This document shows, one piece after another, positions 39,863-49,392 of a DNA stretch of 64,000 nt. Made by a program: the position numbers and the translations under genes. The notes beneath the pieces were generated by a model that saw only the letters and a list, made by a program, of their open reading frames with translations, had not been told where the DNA came from and did no database searches. Source of the stretch: Eubacteriales bacterium (lineage in GTDB: Bacteria; Bacillota; Clostridia; Oscillospirales; CAG-382); the NCBI GenBank assembly GCA_045538555.1, contig JAZSRP010000043.1, positions 75,061-139,060 on the forward strand, in the 5' to 3' direction. Position 1 is the first letter of the stretch; the number at the start of each line of letters is the position of its first letter.

Positions 39863-42800
39863 ATGAAACGTTTTTTTTGTTTTCTTCTTTGCGCAATGTT
39901 TTTTATTTTGTGCTTTCCTTTTTCCGCTGTAATTGCAGAGGGAGAAATACTCTCCGGTGTTGCCACAGTCAGCTTTTCCGGTGCTGATTTGATGAAGATA
40001 AACGGCGTAGAGTACGCTTCTGCTGACAACGGATTTGATTTTGATATTATAATCACGGTCTCCGGCTGTGAGGATAAAGAAAACACCGTATATCTCAACG
40101 GCATCTCCTTGGGCTGTATGGTTGACGGTGAAAATATTTTTTCTGTCAACACATCAAAGCTTGTTGACGGCGAGAACTCTATCTCCATCAAACTTTCAAA
40201 CGGCACCGACGTATATGATGAAACAGACGTTTACGGTTCGTTCAACCTTGACGACATAGTCGTAAAATCAGTTGTTTTTGAAGGTTTTGTCATCAGCGCT
40301 CCAACCGATGTTGACTTGTTTCTTCCTGTTGTAGGTGCTGCAGGCAACACGGTCAGCCGTATTGCCTACAAAACCGATATTTCAATGGGAGACGGATGGT
40401 TTGCTGACACCGGCCTTGGAGGAAGCACTCCAAACACTCCTGTTTCCACCTCATTTGTTTTTCAAAAGCCGGACCTTTCCGGTATGTTCTCCTTTGATTC
40501 CTCTGCACTTGCTGACGGCACATACAAAGCAGAGTTTTTTGCCGCAGGCAAATCATTGGGCACAAAAGATATCTCTGTTGACAACAATTCTCCCGACGTT
40601 GTTTTCTCAGTCGAAAACAATGCAAGAGTTGAATCAAACAGCATCATCGCATATTCTGTAACCGACGCAAACACATGCGACATTTCTTTGACCGTTGACG
40701 GCAAAAAAGCAATCAAGATCGACTGTTCGCGTCTATCTGTTGGACCGCACACGGCGACTGTGACAGCGGTTGATGCGGTTGGTTTTACCACAGTCAAAAC
40801 ACTGCTGTTTGACGTTGTTGACAGCACAAAGCTTGACGTCACCGTAGGCGAAAAAACCGTTACAATGACTGCATATGAGGATGCAAAGATATACGGTGCA
40901 CAGCTTCTCACAGATATCAGAATGTTTCACAATCGCATCGGCGAATTTGACATGAAATCCCTCCGTTGCGAGGACGAGGTTCAGCTCAGCTTTGACGACA
41001 AAGCAGAGATTGTAACCTCCGCTGTCGGAAACACTTTGCCTTATCAGTCGTTTGTTGTAAATACACGAGATGCCAAGGACAACAAGGTCTTGGTATCTTA
41101 TACGGGCACCACAGGAAACGGTGCAGACATTGTTCTCAAAGCATGGAACTATGATACCAAATCATGGCACACCATCGCAAAAACAAAAAGCGGTGTCCCC
41201 GTAACGGTGGAAATGTCACTTGAGGGATACAGCAAGTCCGACAAAATGCGTATCAACGCAATGCCTTATCTTCTCACAAACGGCAGCGATACCGTATTTT
41301 GGAATTCCGATACACAGTATTATTCTCGCTACGAAGACCTCAACGACGTTTATTACCGCATAAACGAATATGCCGTCGAGCTCTACAACAAGGGTGAGAT
41401 CGGCTATTACGTCCATACAGGTGATCTTATCGACCAGACAACCGTCGGCGATGAGACTGCACTGAAAGAATACGCCGTTGCCGACAAGGCACAAAAAATT
41501 CTTGAGGATGCAAAAGTTCCTCACGGTATTGTCAGTGGCAACCATGATATCAAACACACCACTGCTGATTACAGCTATTACTGGAAATTCTTTGGCGAAG
41601 AAAGATACAAGGATTTTGAGTGGTACGGCGGAAGCTTGAACAACAATATGCACCACTATGACCTTGTTACCATCGGCGCATACGATTTTGTTTTCCTTTA
41701 CCTCGGATGTTATATGGAAGACAATGCAGAAACAGTTGCATGGGCAAATGCCGTTTGCAAGGCATATCCGGAGCGCAACGTTATTATCTGCACCCATGAG
41801 TATATGAGTGCCTCCGGTGTATATCTCAGTGAGAGATCCACAAACATCTGGGACCGCATAGTCGTTCCCAACGAGAACGTAAAAATGATCCTCTGCGGCC
41901 ACTACGAGGGCGTATGCGATCAACTCCATCAAGTAGAAGGCACCGACAGATACGTTTTGGAGATTCTTGCCGACTACCAGTTTGCTGAGATGGGTGTTGA
42001 TCCCCAGCACGTAGAGAACGGTTGCACCTGCGACGGCGAGGGATTTGTACGTCTCATGTCGTTTACCGAGTCGGGACAGTTGGTTTCCACCACTTATTCT
42101 CCCACCAACGATGTATACAATTTCTTCCCCTCGTACCAGGATAGCTTTGTTTACGATCTTGATCTCATTCCTGCTGACAGATCAATCTGCACAACCGATT
42201 TTAACGTTGCATACAACACCAAATATCTTGGAGAATTTGGAAAAGAAGAGATCGATCTGTCGCATTACGGTGCCTTTTATGCCACTTTTGGTGAAGGCGA
42301 CAGCGTGGATATTTCGGCGGTATACGTTCTTGATAAATACAAAACAGGAGACAAGACCGCCAATGATCCGCACAATTATACAACAGAATTTCCCCGTGTC
42401 TCCGCGGGCGGTCTCACAAATGTGAGCGAGAACTTTGTCCGCCCCGACAGAGGTGACAAGCTTGACCTTTCATTGGTGGAAAACGGTCAAAACCTGCTCC
42501 CGTCAAACAACAGCCAGCTGATCTGGTCTTCGGGTAGCAAGGACTACACAAACACGGTCAACGCGGACGGATCACTCACTGTAAAACATGAGTCCGGCAA
42601 CAACGCCACTTGGCTGACACAGATGTTCTATCTCAACAAGAGCATTGATCTCCAAAAATACAATCGTCTCTACTTTGGCGTCACTACATCCAAGGACACA
42701 AAATGGAATTTGTATATCAATTTTCCAACCAAGTCCATCAACTTTTCACAAGAGCTGTATGAAATGTTTGGATACGTAAACGCAGTTCCCAGTGACATTC

Positions 42801-43309
42801 AAGGTTCGTGGCAGGGATATATCGATCTTACCGATCTTGTGCCAAACGAGACAAAAATTCTGTCTGTCTATCTTGTCACCGCAACTCCCGGAGCAGATGT
42901 AACATTTGATTATTATTTCCTCGGTCATTCAGACGCCGGAAAAGTACGTTTCATCACTGATGAAAACACTGTTACCGCCCGTGAAAACAACGTGGGACAG
43001 ACAATAAATGCTCCTGCGGATCCCTATAAGACCGGATATACTTTTGACGGATGGTATACCGCAAAGGATGGCGGAGAAAAAATTTCTTTCCCCATGACAA
43101 TAAACAGTGCTTCAACCGACGTATATGCACGTTTTGTCAAGAATGAGCAAACGACGGGTGCAAGATATATTGACACCGAAATTCTCATGGAGCGTGCACC
43201 GATCTCAAAAATAATTCTCATTGTGGGAAGTATTCTCTGTGTGATTTTTATGACCACATTTTTGCTTGTAAAAAAAGCCAAATCAAAACCAAAGAAAGCC
43301 GAGAAATAA
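39863..43309 (+). CDS. Giant surface protein: Ig-like repeats, calcineurin-like metallophosphoesterase domain, Listeria-Bacteroides repeat and C-terminal TM anchor
   Basis: 1148 aa counting from the ATG at 39863. It has a signal peptide, MPE motifs (VHTGDLIDQ, SGNHD, ICTHEY, LCGHYEG), a C-terminal GYTFDGWYTAKDGGEKISFP repeat, then a TM helix and a KKAKSKPKKAEK tail. Confidence 0.75.
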   Translation: MKRFFCFLLCAMFFILCFPFSAVIAEGEILSGVATVSFSGADLMKINGVEYASADNGFDFDIIITVSGCEDKENTVYLNGISLGCMVDGENIFSVNTSKLVDGENSISIKLSNGTDVYDETDVYGSFNLDDIVVKSVVFEGFVISAPTDVDLFLPVVGAAGNTVSRIAYKTDISMGDGWFADTGLGGSTPNTPVSTSFVFQKPDLSGMFSFDSSALADGTYKAEFFAAGKSLGTKDISVDNNSPDVVFSVENNARVESNSIIAYSVTDANTCDISLTVDGKKAIKIDCSRLSVGPHTATVTAVDAVGFTTVKTLLFDVVDSTKLDVTVGEKTVTMTAYEDAKIYGAQLLTDIRMFHNRIGEFDMKSLRCEDEVQLSFDDKAEIVTSAVGNTLPYQSFVVNTRDAKDNKVLVSYTGTTGNGADIVLKAWNYDTKSWHTIAKTKSGVPVTVEMSLEGYSKSDKMRINAMPYLLTNGSDTVFWNSDTQYYSRYEDLNDVYYRINEYAVELYNKGEIGYYVHTGDLIDQTTVGDETALKEYAVADKAQKILEDAKVPHGIVSGNHDIKHTTADYSYYWKFFGEERYKDFEWYGGSLNNNMHHYDLVTIGAYDFVFLYLGCYMEDNAETVAWANAVCKAYPERNVIICTHEYMSASGVYLSERSTNIWDRIVVPNENVKMILCGHYEGVCDQLHQVEGTDRYVLEILADYQFAEMGVDPQHVENGCTCDGEGFVRLMSFTESGQLVSTTYSPTNDVYNFFPSYQDSFVYDLDLIPADRSICTTDFNVAYNTKYLGEFGKEEIDLSHYGAFYATFGEGDSVDISAVYVLDKYKTGDKTANDPHNYTTEFPRVSAGGLTNVSENFVRPDRGDKLDLSLVENGQNLLPSNNSQLIWSSGSKDYTNTVNADGSLTVKHESGNNATWLTQMFYLNKSIDLQKYNRLYFGVTTSKDTKWNLYINFPTKSINFSQELYEMFGYVNAVPSDIQGSWQGYIDLTDLVPNETKILSVYLVTATPGADVTFDYYFLGHSDAGKVRFITDENTVTARENNVGQTINAPADPYKTGYTFDGWYTAKDGGEKISFPMTINSASTDVYARFVKNEQTTGARYIDTEILMERAPISKIILIVGSILCVIFMTTFLLVKKAKSKPKKAEK

Positions 43310-43310
43310 T

Positions 43311-44090
43311 ATGAAAGCATTGCGTTTTTTCACATCTTCAATTCTCATAGCTTTTTTGCTGATACTTTCGGTTGCTGCTTCTGCAGGAACTGCTTCTCTC
43401 AAGGTGAGCGGAGTCTACGGAGGTGAAACGATCATCGTTCATGCAGAGCTGTGTGATATTGACAGCCCTGTAGGAATTGCCTGTATAGAATACAATATTC
43501 TCTACGACAGAAACCTGCTAAAACTTGATGCATACAACGTCAATTTTCCCGATGCGTGGAGAGAAGACGTTGATTCTGAAATGGCCGAAAACCTTTCTGT
43601 TGCCGGCGACGGTATATTTAAATGGGCAATGGTCAATGCCGAGATTGAAAAGGGCGTCAAAGAAGACGGTCAGCTGTTTGTTGACCTCACGTTCAGTATT
43701 CTTGACAGCACAGTGACTGATTTTGACATAGTGTTCAACTGTGTTGCGGTTACCGACGATATGCTTGAGACAATAGACTGCGATTCCTACACTCTCCACA
43801 TTCATATGGACGGAACCGATACCAGTGTTGAAAATTCTGACAGTAACTTTTCAACAGATTTTTCTGTACCCACACAGTCTGCACCTAATGGCAGTGTATC
43901 GCAGTCCTATTCAGATCCTGCCAACAGCAACACAGACAACTCTGCAGCAACAGATTCCGACAACACTGATGCAGATAATTCTTCACTTATTTTCGGAATA
44001 AAAAGCAGTGTTTTTGTTATTATATTTGCAAGTATTGCAGTTGTTGCCGTTGTTGTGGCAATCCTTGTAAGCAGAAAAAAGAAGGTTTGA
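43311..44090 (+). CDS. Membrane-anchored cohesin-like domain protein
   Basis: 259 aa. It starts 2 nt after the previous stop. A signal peptide is followed by ETIIVHAELCDIDSPVGIACIEYNILYDRNLLKLDA...DGQLFVDLTFSIL, which resembles the cohesin pattern. An S/N/D-rich linker and a C-terminal TM helix follow. Confidence 0.5.
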   Translation: MKALRFFTSSILIAFLLILSVAASAGTASLKVSGVYGGETIIVHAELCDIDSPVGIACIEYNILYDRNLLKLDAYNVNFPDAWREDVDSEMAENLSVAGDGIFKWAMVNAEIEKGVKEDGQLFVDLTFSILDSTVTDFDIVFNCVAVTDDMLETIDCDSYTLHIHMDGTDTSVENSDSNFSTDFSVPTQSAPNGSVSQSYSDPANSNTDNSAATDSDNTDADNSSLIFGIKSSVFVIIFASIAVVAVVVAILVSRKKKV

Positions 44091-44093
44091 TGC

Positions 44094-44711
44094 ATGAAAA
44101 AGTTTTTTTCTCAAAATTCTGAAGCGATCACAAAATTTGTCACCAATCAGATCGTAATGTCCATTCTTGGCATAATGGTTGGGTTGGCGGTTCTGTCTGC
44201 TGAAGGGGGCGACACAAACGGAATCAGTCTGCTGTCCGGAATTGCAGGTGCGTTTTGCGTCGGTTTTCTTTGCTTTCTGCAGTATGACAATATGTTTTTT
44301 GCAGGAGAAAGAGATGCTATCAAGGCAAAAGGCGAGGGAAGTAACCCAAAGCATTTCAAAGGTTTTTTGATCGCCTTGCTATCCTATGCTCCCACAATCC
44401 TTGTTGGCGTAATTACCGTTGCGATCAAGCTGATTGGCAGCGAAGATTCAGCCGCTGTATCGCTCATTGTTTATTATGCTTTTCAGGGAAGCTTTATCCC
44501 GTTTTATGCGATACAAAACTTTGTTGGTATCATTGGCTACGTATTGGTTTGCCTTTTGCCCTCGTTCCTGTCCGCAGGACTGGGATTCTATATGGGTTCA
44601 AAGGATCTTCCGATCCGAAAAGCCCTCGGATTCAAAATCAAGCCGCCGTATGACGGCCCTGTTGAAAAGCGCAGAGACTATAAGAGCCAAGGTGGTAGCG
44701 ATAAAGAATAA
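44094..44711 (+). CDS. Hypothetical polytopic membrane protein
   Basis: 205 aa. It starts 4 nt after the previous stop and has about 5 TM helices. I recognised no family. Confidence 0.55.
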   Translation: MKKFFSQNSEAITKFVTNQIVMSILGIMVGLAVLSAEGGDTNGISLLSGIAGAFCVGFLCFLQYDNMFFAGERDAIKAKGEGSNPKHFKGFLIALLSYAPTILVGVITVAIKLIGSEDSAAVSLIVYYAFQGSFIPFYAIQNFVGIIGYVLVCLLPSFLSAGLGFYMGSKDLPIRKALGFKIKPPYDGPVEKRRDYKSQGGSDKE

Positions 44712-44750
44712 TTTTGACTGTTCATTCATATTCTCACATGGGTGATATGA

Positions 44751-45503
44751 ATGAATCAAAACGAGTTTCGGAACGCAAGAATAAGTCTTTATATTCTTGC
44801 GTTCATCTTGTTATTTACCGTTGCTTTTTACTTTTTTGCATCAATGTTTACATCTATGGGGTATGAGACGTTTTTAGAGGCAAAAACAGCATCAACTGCA
44901 GCCAAATACACAAAAACTCTTATTATCGATGCCGGCCACGGAGGAGAGGATCCCGGTGCCGTATCCAACGGAACGATTGAAAAAAACATTAATCTCAGCA
45001 TATCCCTGTATTTGTCTCAACTCTGCAAAGCAGGCGGAATTGATGTAAAAATGACCCGTAGCAATGACGTGTTGCTTTATGGTGCAGGAGAAGAAAATCG
45101 AAAAAAGCATTTTGACCTTTTGAACCGTGTCAAAATTGCCCAAAGCTTTGGAGAAAACACATTGTTTGTGTCAATACACACAAACAAATTTACCGATGCA
45201 AAGTACTGGGGCCTACAGACATTTTTTTCAAAAAACAACGCTTACTCATCTCTTCTCGCAGAGGCAGTGCAGAGCAGTTCAAAGCTATTGACACCGGAGA
45301 ACAAACGTGAAATAAAAATGGCAGATGACAGCATATTTTTGTTAGACAAACTATACGTCCCCGCAATCCTTGTAGAATGCGGTTTTTTGTCAAACCCCGA
45401 AGAAGCAGCCAAGTTGAATGATCCGCAGTACCAAAAGCAGATTGCATTGTCAATATACTGCGGAATTGTGGAATATCTGGAAGGAACAAAAAATGAAAAC
45501 TGA
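44751..45503 (+). CDS. cwlD: N-acetylmuramoyl-L-alanine amidase (Amidase_3, CwlD-like)
   Basis: 250 aa. An N-terminal TM helix, IIDAGHGGEDPGAV, VSIHTN, and ILVECGFLSNPEEAAKL. Confidence 0.8.
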   Translation: MNQNEFRNARISLYILAFILLFTVAFYFFASMFTSMGYETFLEAKTASTAAKYTKTLIIDAGHGGEDPGAVSNGTIEKNINLSISLYLSQLCKAGGIDVKMTRSNDVLLYGAGEENRKKHFDLLNRVKIAQSFGENTLFVSIHTNKFTDAKYWGLQTFFSKNNAYSSLLAEAVQSSSKLLTPENKREIKMADDSIFLLDKLYVPAILVECGFLSNPEEAAKLNDPQYQKQIALSIYCGIVEYLEGTKNEN

Positions 45504-46869
45504 GTACGTATGCGAAAATTGTGGATATGTCACCCCAAAATGGTACGGAAAATGCCCCGAATGCGGCGAGTGGAACTGCCTTGTTTCAAGAGAAACAGAA
45601 GTACCTGAAAAGAAAAAAACCGCCGGCAGCTCACGCAAGAGCACAAAAGCGGTTTCTGACGCGCCAAGATCCTCCAGGATAAAAGATATCTCTGCGCTTG
45701 ACCGTGAACGCATCTCCACGGGCATTCACGAATTTGACCGCGTTTTGGGCGGAGGATTGGTGCTCGGATCTGTCGTGTTGCTTTCCGGAGAGCCGGGAAT
45801 AGGAAAATCCACTCTCCTTTTGCAGATCTGCCAAAGCATAGGGGAGTCATCCACGGTTTTGTACGTCACAGGTGAGGAATCCACATCACAAATCAAATTG
45901 CGTTGCAATAGACTTGGCGTTGACACCGAAAACGTGTATATTATGTGCGAAAATTCCGTAGAAGATATACTTGTGGAAATTAATACGCTAAAACCTGATA
46001 TCGTCATTATCGACTCGATACAGACCATGTACGATGACAACTATCCATCATCCCAGGGCAGCGTCACACAGGTTCGCCAATGTGCCATGAAACTCATAGG
46101 AAAAGCCAAAGAGGATGATGTATCCATGCTTCTGGTGGGCCACGTCAACAAAGAGGGTGCAATCGCAGGTCCAAAGGTTCTGGAACATATGGTTGATGCA
46201 GTCCTTTATTTTGAGGGAGATAAACAACACGCATACCGCATCATCAGAGGTGAAAAAAACCGTTTTGGGTCCACAAACGAGATTGGTGTTTTTGAGATGG
46301 GTGACAGAGGTCTGAATGAGATCGACAAGCCCTCTGAGATGCTGATGTCACAGCGTCCAAAAGGAGTGTCCGGAAACTGCCCTGTATGTGTCATAGAGGG
46401 CACAAGACCTTTGATAGCAGAGGTACAGTGCCTTATGGCACCAACATCGTACCCCACGCCAAGGCGCATGTCATCGGGCATTGATTATAACAGAACAACC
46501 TTGCTCCTTGCTGTACTTGAAAAAAGACTTGGTCTGAAACTCTCTTCGCAGGACGTATATATCAACGTTGCCGCAGGCATGCGACTTGTTGAACCTGCAT
46601 GTGATGCTGCCTGCGCTCTTGCAATGATATCAACCTACAAAAACATTCCCGTTCCCGAGGACGTCATCGTTTTTGGCGAGATCGGACTGGCAGGGGAGTG
46701 CAGGTCTGTTTCAAACAGCGGTCAGCGTATCAATGAAGCGGTCCGCCTCGGGTTCAAGAGAATTGCAATGCCTGCAAGGAATACAAAATACATTGATCGC
46801 CTTCCGTCAGATGTAAAAGCTATCCCTATTCACGGGGTTTACGATCTCGTCAGACTCCTTGATGGATGA
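45493..46869 (+). CDS. radA: DNA repair protein RadA/Sms
   Basis: 458 aa counting from the ATG at 45493. Zinc finger CENCGYVTPKWYGKCPECGEWN, Walker A GEPGIGKSTLLLQ, KNRFG, and a Lon-like C-terminal domain. Confidence 0.95.
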   Translation: MKTEYVCENCGYVTPKWYGKCPECGEWNCLVSRETEVPEKKKTAGSSRKSTKAVSDAPRSSRIKDISALDRERISTGIHEFDRVLGGGLVLGSVVLLSGEPGIGKSTLLLQICQSIGESSTVLYVTGEESTSQIKLRCNRLGVDTENVYIMCENSVEDILVEINTLKPDIVIIDSIQTMYDDNYPSSQGSVTQVRQCAMKLIGKAKEDDVSMLLVGHVNKEGAIAGPKVLEHMVDAVLYFEGDKQHAYRIIRGEKNRFGSTNEIGVFEMGDRGLNEIDKPSEMLMSQRPKGVSGNCPVCVIEGTRPLIAEVQCLMAPTSYPTPRRMSSGIDYNRTTLLLAVLEKRLGLKLSSQDVYINVAAGMRLVEPACDAACALAMISTYKNIPVPEDVIVFGEIGLAGECRSVSNSGQRINEAVRLGFKRIAMPARNTKYIDRLPSDVKAIPIHGVYDLVRLLDG

Positions 46870-47051
46870 CTGAAAAAAAGGACACACAAGCGAACCAAAA
46901 GATGGATTGTCACAGCTTGTTTTTGTGCAAATTCCATCTTTTTGAAACCGACAATTCTCAATACATTCAAGCATAATTATCCTCGCAATTCTGATTGTTT
47001 ATATTATCATTTGCACTTGTTTACATCTTATTCATATTTTCGGAGAAAGAA

Positions 47052-47807
47052 ATGGAAAAGTTTTGTAAGCCAAACATTCCGGAAGGCAGAGTAAAAAGAG
47101 CTTTTATATCAGGAATATTACCACAACAAATCGTCAGCGAGCTCAATGATTTTGGTATACGAACATACAAGCTGGGAAAAACAAAAAACATATTGTCAGA
47201 GCTTGCGTACCATCCGGATATACTTATCAACAATTACAGATTGGGACGCTGGGTCGTTGAAGAAGAAGCAAATTATCTGCCGACGGAGCTGCCCGGATAC
47301 AATATGATCGAAGAAGCGTTTGAAAAACTGGGAGATCTCTATCCGTACGATTGTCTTTTCAACAGTTTTCGTATCGGAAACACAGTATTTTGCGGAAAGC
47401 GGGCTTCGTATACAATTACATTCAACACTCAGTTCGAAAACATTGAACTATGCTACGTAGCACAAGGATATGCAAAATGCTCGACGATTCTTGTATCCGA
47501 AAAGGCATGTATAACGTGTGATCCCGGTATTGCAAAGGAGCTGCGACTCAGAGGAATAGCAGTACTTAAGATCCCTGATAACGAGGGCGTGAACTTGAAC
47601 GGATTTCCGTCGGGACTTATCGGCGGGTGTGCAGCTCTTATCAGCAAAGATATTTTGGCTTTTACAGGCAATCTCAATACATATAAATACGGTGCAGATA
47701 TCATTGATTTTTGCAAAGATTTTGGAGTTGATGCATTTTCACTTACAAACGCTGATATGTACGATTATGGCGGCATTCTTCCAATATCCGAGATTGAGGT
47801 TGAATAA
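47052..47807 (+). CDS. Hypothetical protein, possibly a DUF6873-like (GME-fold) family member
   Basis: 251 aa counting from the ATG at 47052 (GGAGA RBS). NIPEGRVKRAFISG...ELAYHPDILINN resembles my recollection of that family. This call is from memory only. Confidence 0.4.
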   Translation: MEKFCKPNIPEGRVKRAFISGILPQQIVSELNDFGIRTYKLGKTKNILSELAYHPDILINNYRLGRWVVEEEANYLPTELPGYNMIEEAFEKLGDLYPYDCLFNSFRIGNTVFCGKRASYTITFNTQFENIELCYVAQGYAKCSTILVSEKACITCDPGIAKELRLRGIAVLKIPDNEGVNLNGFPSGLIGGCAALISKDILAFTGNLNTYKYGADIIDFCKDFGVDAFSLTNADMYDYGGILPISEIEVE

Positions 47808-47842
47808 TTCAATCACCTCCTTATATAATTATTCAGCTCCCC

Positions 47843-48859
47843 TCAATTGTATAAAATTTTTATTTTGTTTAATTTGACATACTCAATATACGCCTCTTCA
47901 TCTTCTTTTGAATGACGAAATATACCAGTTTGAAATTTGCTTATCAATTTATAACTGTCAATGATAAATAGATGAAGATCATCCGGAGATTGTATTGTAC
48001 CAGGTTTTACAAGATATTTTGAACATTCCAAAAAAGAACGAATACCCTCTAATTGAGTAACATGGATCTGAATTTCTTTATCAAGATTCAACTCATGATT
48101 TATTAATTTACACTCAGATTCATAATTTGGAAAGTACTTACGAAGTACAAAAAGAAAATGTTGCTTTACTTCAATAGTATCAAATATTTGTGGTTTTTTA
48201 TATTTAGGAGAATTAAAAGAAATTTCTTTTAACTGCCCTTTTTTAGTAAGTTTCAAAGACGAAACATGTTCTTTTGGATACGCTACAATCAAATGTACAT
48301 GAGGATGCCAAGATTTACCATCTTCACTTTTCTTTATTTCCATGGTTCCATAAATACCAGAACCAAGACCAGAAGTTTTATCGTCACCAAATCTACTCCT
48401 AAAAAACGTTGTTATTGTTTTTCTCAAAATATCAGCAGTTTTTCGAAAACCATCAATCTGATTTGGAAGAGTAAAACTATAGAAAAGATAAATATAGTTA
48501 TCTATCCCTATTCTATTATCCATATCAAATGACAAACGATTAAATCTTTGGTATGCTTTTCTACGATGACAAACCATGCAAAATCGCTCATCACAATGGT
48601 TTATACCGGTAACATGAAATTTGTCTTGAGTAATATTCCAATCACCAATGATCTGAGTACCACAATAAGCAAGTTCTTTGATTGGATCAGCATATATGCG
48701 TTTGCCGTCCGTATCTCTCCAAGTACTATCATACTTTTTATAATACTTGCCAATCTTGCCTGGAATATCAGACAATCTACCCTCATCAGCAAGAATATTC
48801 AAGAATTTCAGTATTTTTCTATTCTCATTTATCGCTTGAGTTATATCTAAAAGATTCAT
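47843..48859 (-). CDS. Rolling-circle replication initiator (Rep_1 / HUH endonuclease, pC194-pUB110 type)
   Basis: 338 aa counting from the ATG at 48859 (GGAGGAG RBS). Cys motif CDERFCMVCHRRKAYQRF. RCR motif I FYSFTLPN, motif II (HUH) WHPHVHLIV, and motif III with the catalytic Tyr, ECSKYLVKP. Confidence 0.8.
   Translation of the reverse strand: MNLLDITQAINENRKILKFLNILADEGRLSDIPGKIGKYYKKYDSTWRDTDGKRIYADPIKELAYCGTQIIGDWNITQDKFHVTGINHCDERFCMVCHRRKAYQRFNRLSFDMDNRIGIDNYIYLFYSFTLPNQIDGFRKTADILRKTITTFFRSRFGDDKTSGLGSGIYGTMEIKKSEDGKSWHPHVHLIVAYPKEHVSSLKLTKKGQLKEISFNSPKYKKPQIFDTIEVKQHFLFVLRKYFPNYESECKLINHELNLDKEIQIHVTQLEGIRSFLECSKYLVKPGTIQSPDDLHLFIIDSYKLISKFQTGIFRHSKEDEEAYIEYVKLNKIKILYN
47857..47874. 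repeat. Left copy of the 18 bp direct repeat TTTTTATTTTGTTTAATT (candidate att core)
   Basis: It is identical to 53500-53517. It lies in the last codons of Rep (encoding LNKIK). Confidence 0.6.
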
Positions 48860-48879
48860 ATTTTCACTCCTCCAATAAT

Positions 48880-48908
48880 ATAATATCATACTGTTTTGCC
48901 TTTGTCAA
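48880..48908 (-). promoter_or_regulatory. Sigma-A type promoter for rep
   Basis: On the minus strand: TTGACA, a 17 nt spacer (AAGGCAAAACAGTATGA), then TATTAT. It lies about 20 nt upstream of the rep RBS. Confidence 0.55.
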
Positions 48909-48995
48909 TATTTTTTTACGAAATTCCGCGGTTATTTTATCAAGAATATGATAAAGATATTACAACTTCTAAATTTATAACGATTAATTTGCATT

Positions 48996-49134
48996 CGATC
49001 ACGCACCCCACAAGGGGGTTTTGATCGAAAAAAGCTGTTGCGACTGGGCACCTTTTTGAAAGCTTTTTTGTATCGGCCATACACGATACAAAAAACTTTC
49101 GTTTTCCGCCCGTCGCTCCCCGCTGTGGCGGGGG
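48996..49134 (-). other. Hairpin-rich, locally GC-rich intergenic region (candidate replication origin / packaging signal)
   Basis: There are three stem-loops. The first is CGATCA...CCCC-ACAA-GGGG...TGATCG (48996-49027). The second is a 17 bp stem with a 1 nt bulge, GAAAGcTTTTTTGTATCG-N8-CGATACAAAAAACTTTC (49058-49100). The third is CCCCGC-TGTG-GCGGGG (49118-49133). Confidence 0.5.
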
Positions 49135-49137
49135 CCC

Positions 49138-49165
49138 AAAAAAAAAGAGAGCAATTAAAGCTCTC
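49138..49165 (-). terminator. Rho-independent terminator ending the phage structural/assembly operon
   Basis: On the minus strand, GAGAGC-TTTAATT-GCTCTC is followed by T9. It starts 8 nt after the stop of the 59 aa ORF. Confidence 0.75.
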
Positions 49166-49172
49166 AGGGGGA

Positions 49173-49352
49173 TTACGTGTTACAATATATAAGTTGATAA
49201 CATTCATCTTCCCACTTACGAAAAGAACAAATGATTTCATCTACAGACATTTTATCAATGTCCATTGAGCAGCATTCTTTTAACCATACTGAAAACTCAT
49301 ACATTTCTGCTTTACTAATGTTGATAGGAAGATTAACTAAATTATAATACAT
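49173..49352 (-). CDS. Hypothetical 59 aa prophage protein
   Basis: The ATG at 49352 has an AAGGAG RBS 7 nt upstream. It is the last gene before the terminator. Confidence 0.45.
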   Translation of the reverse strand: MYYNLVNLPINISKAEMYEFSVWLKECCSMDIDKMSVDEIICSFRKWEDECYQLIYCNT

Positions 49353-49392
49353 TTTATTACTCCTTAAAGTGAACAAAAAAGGAAAAACGAAG

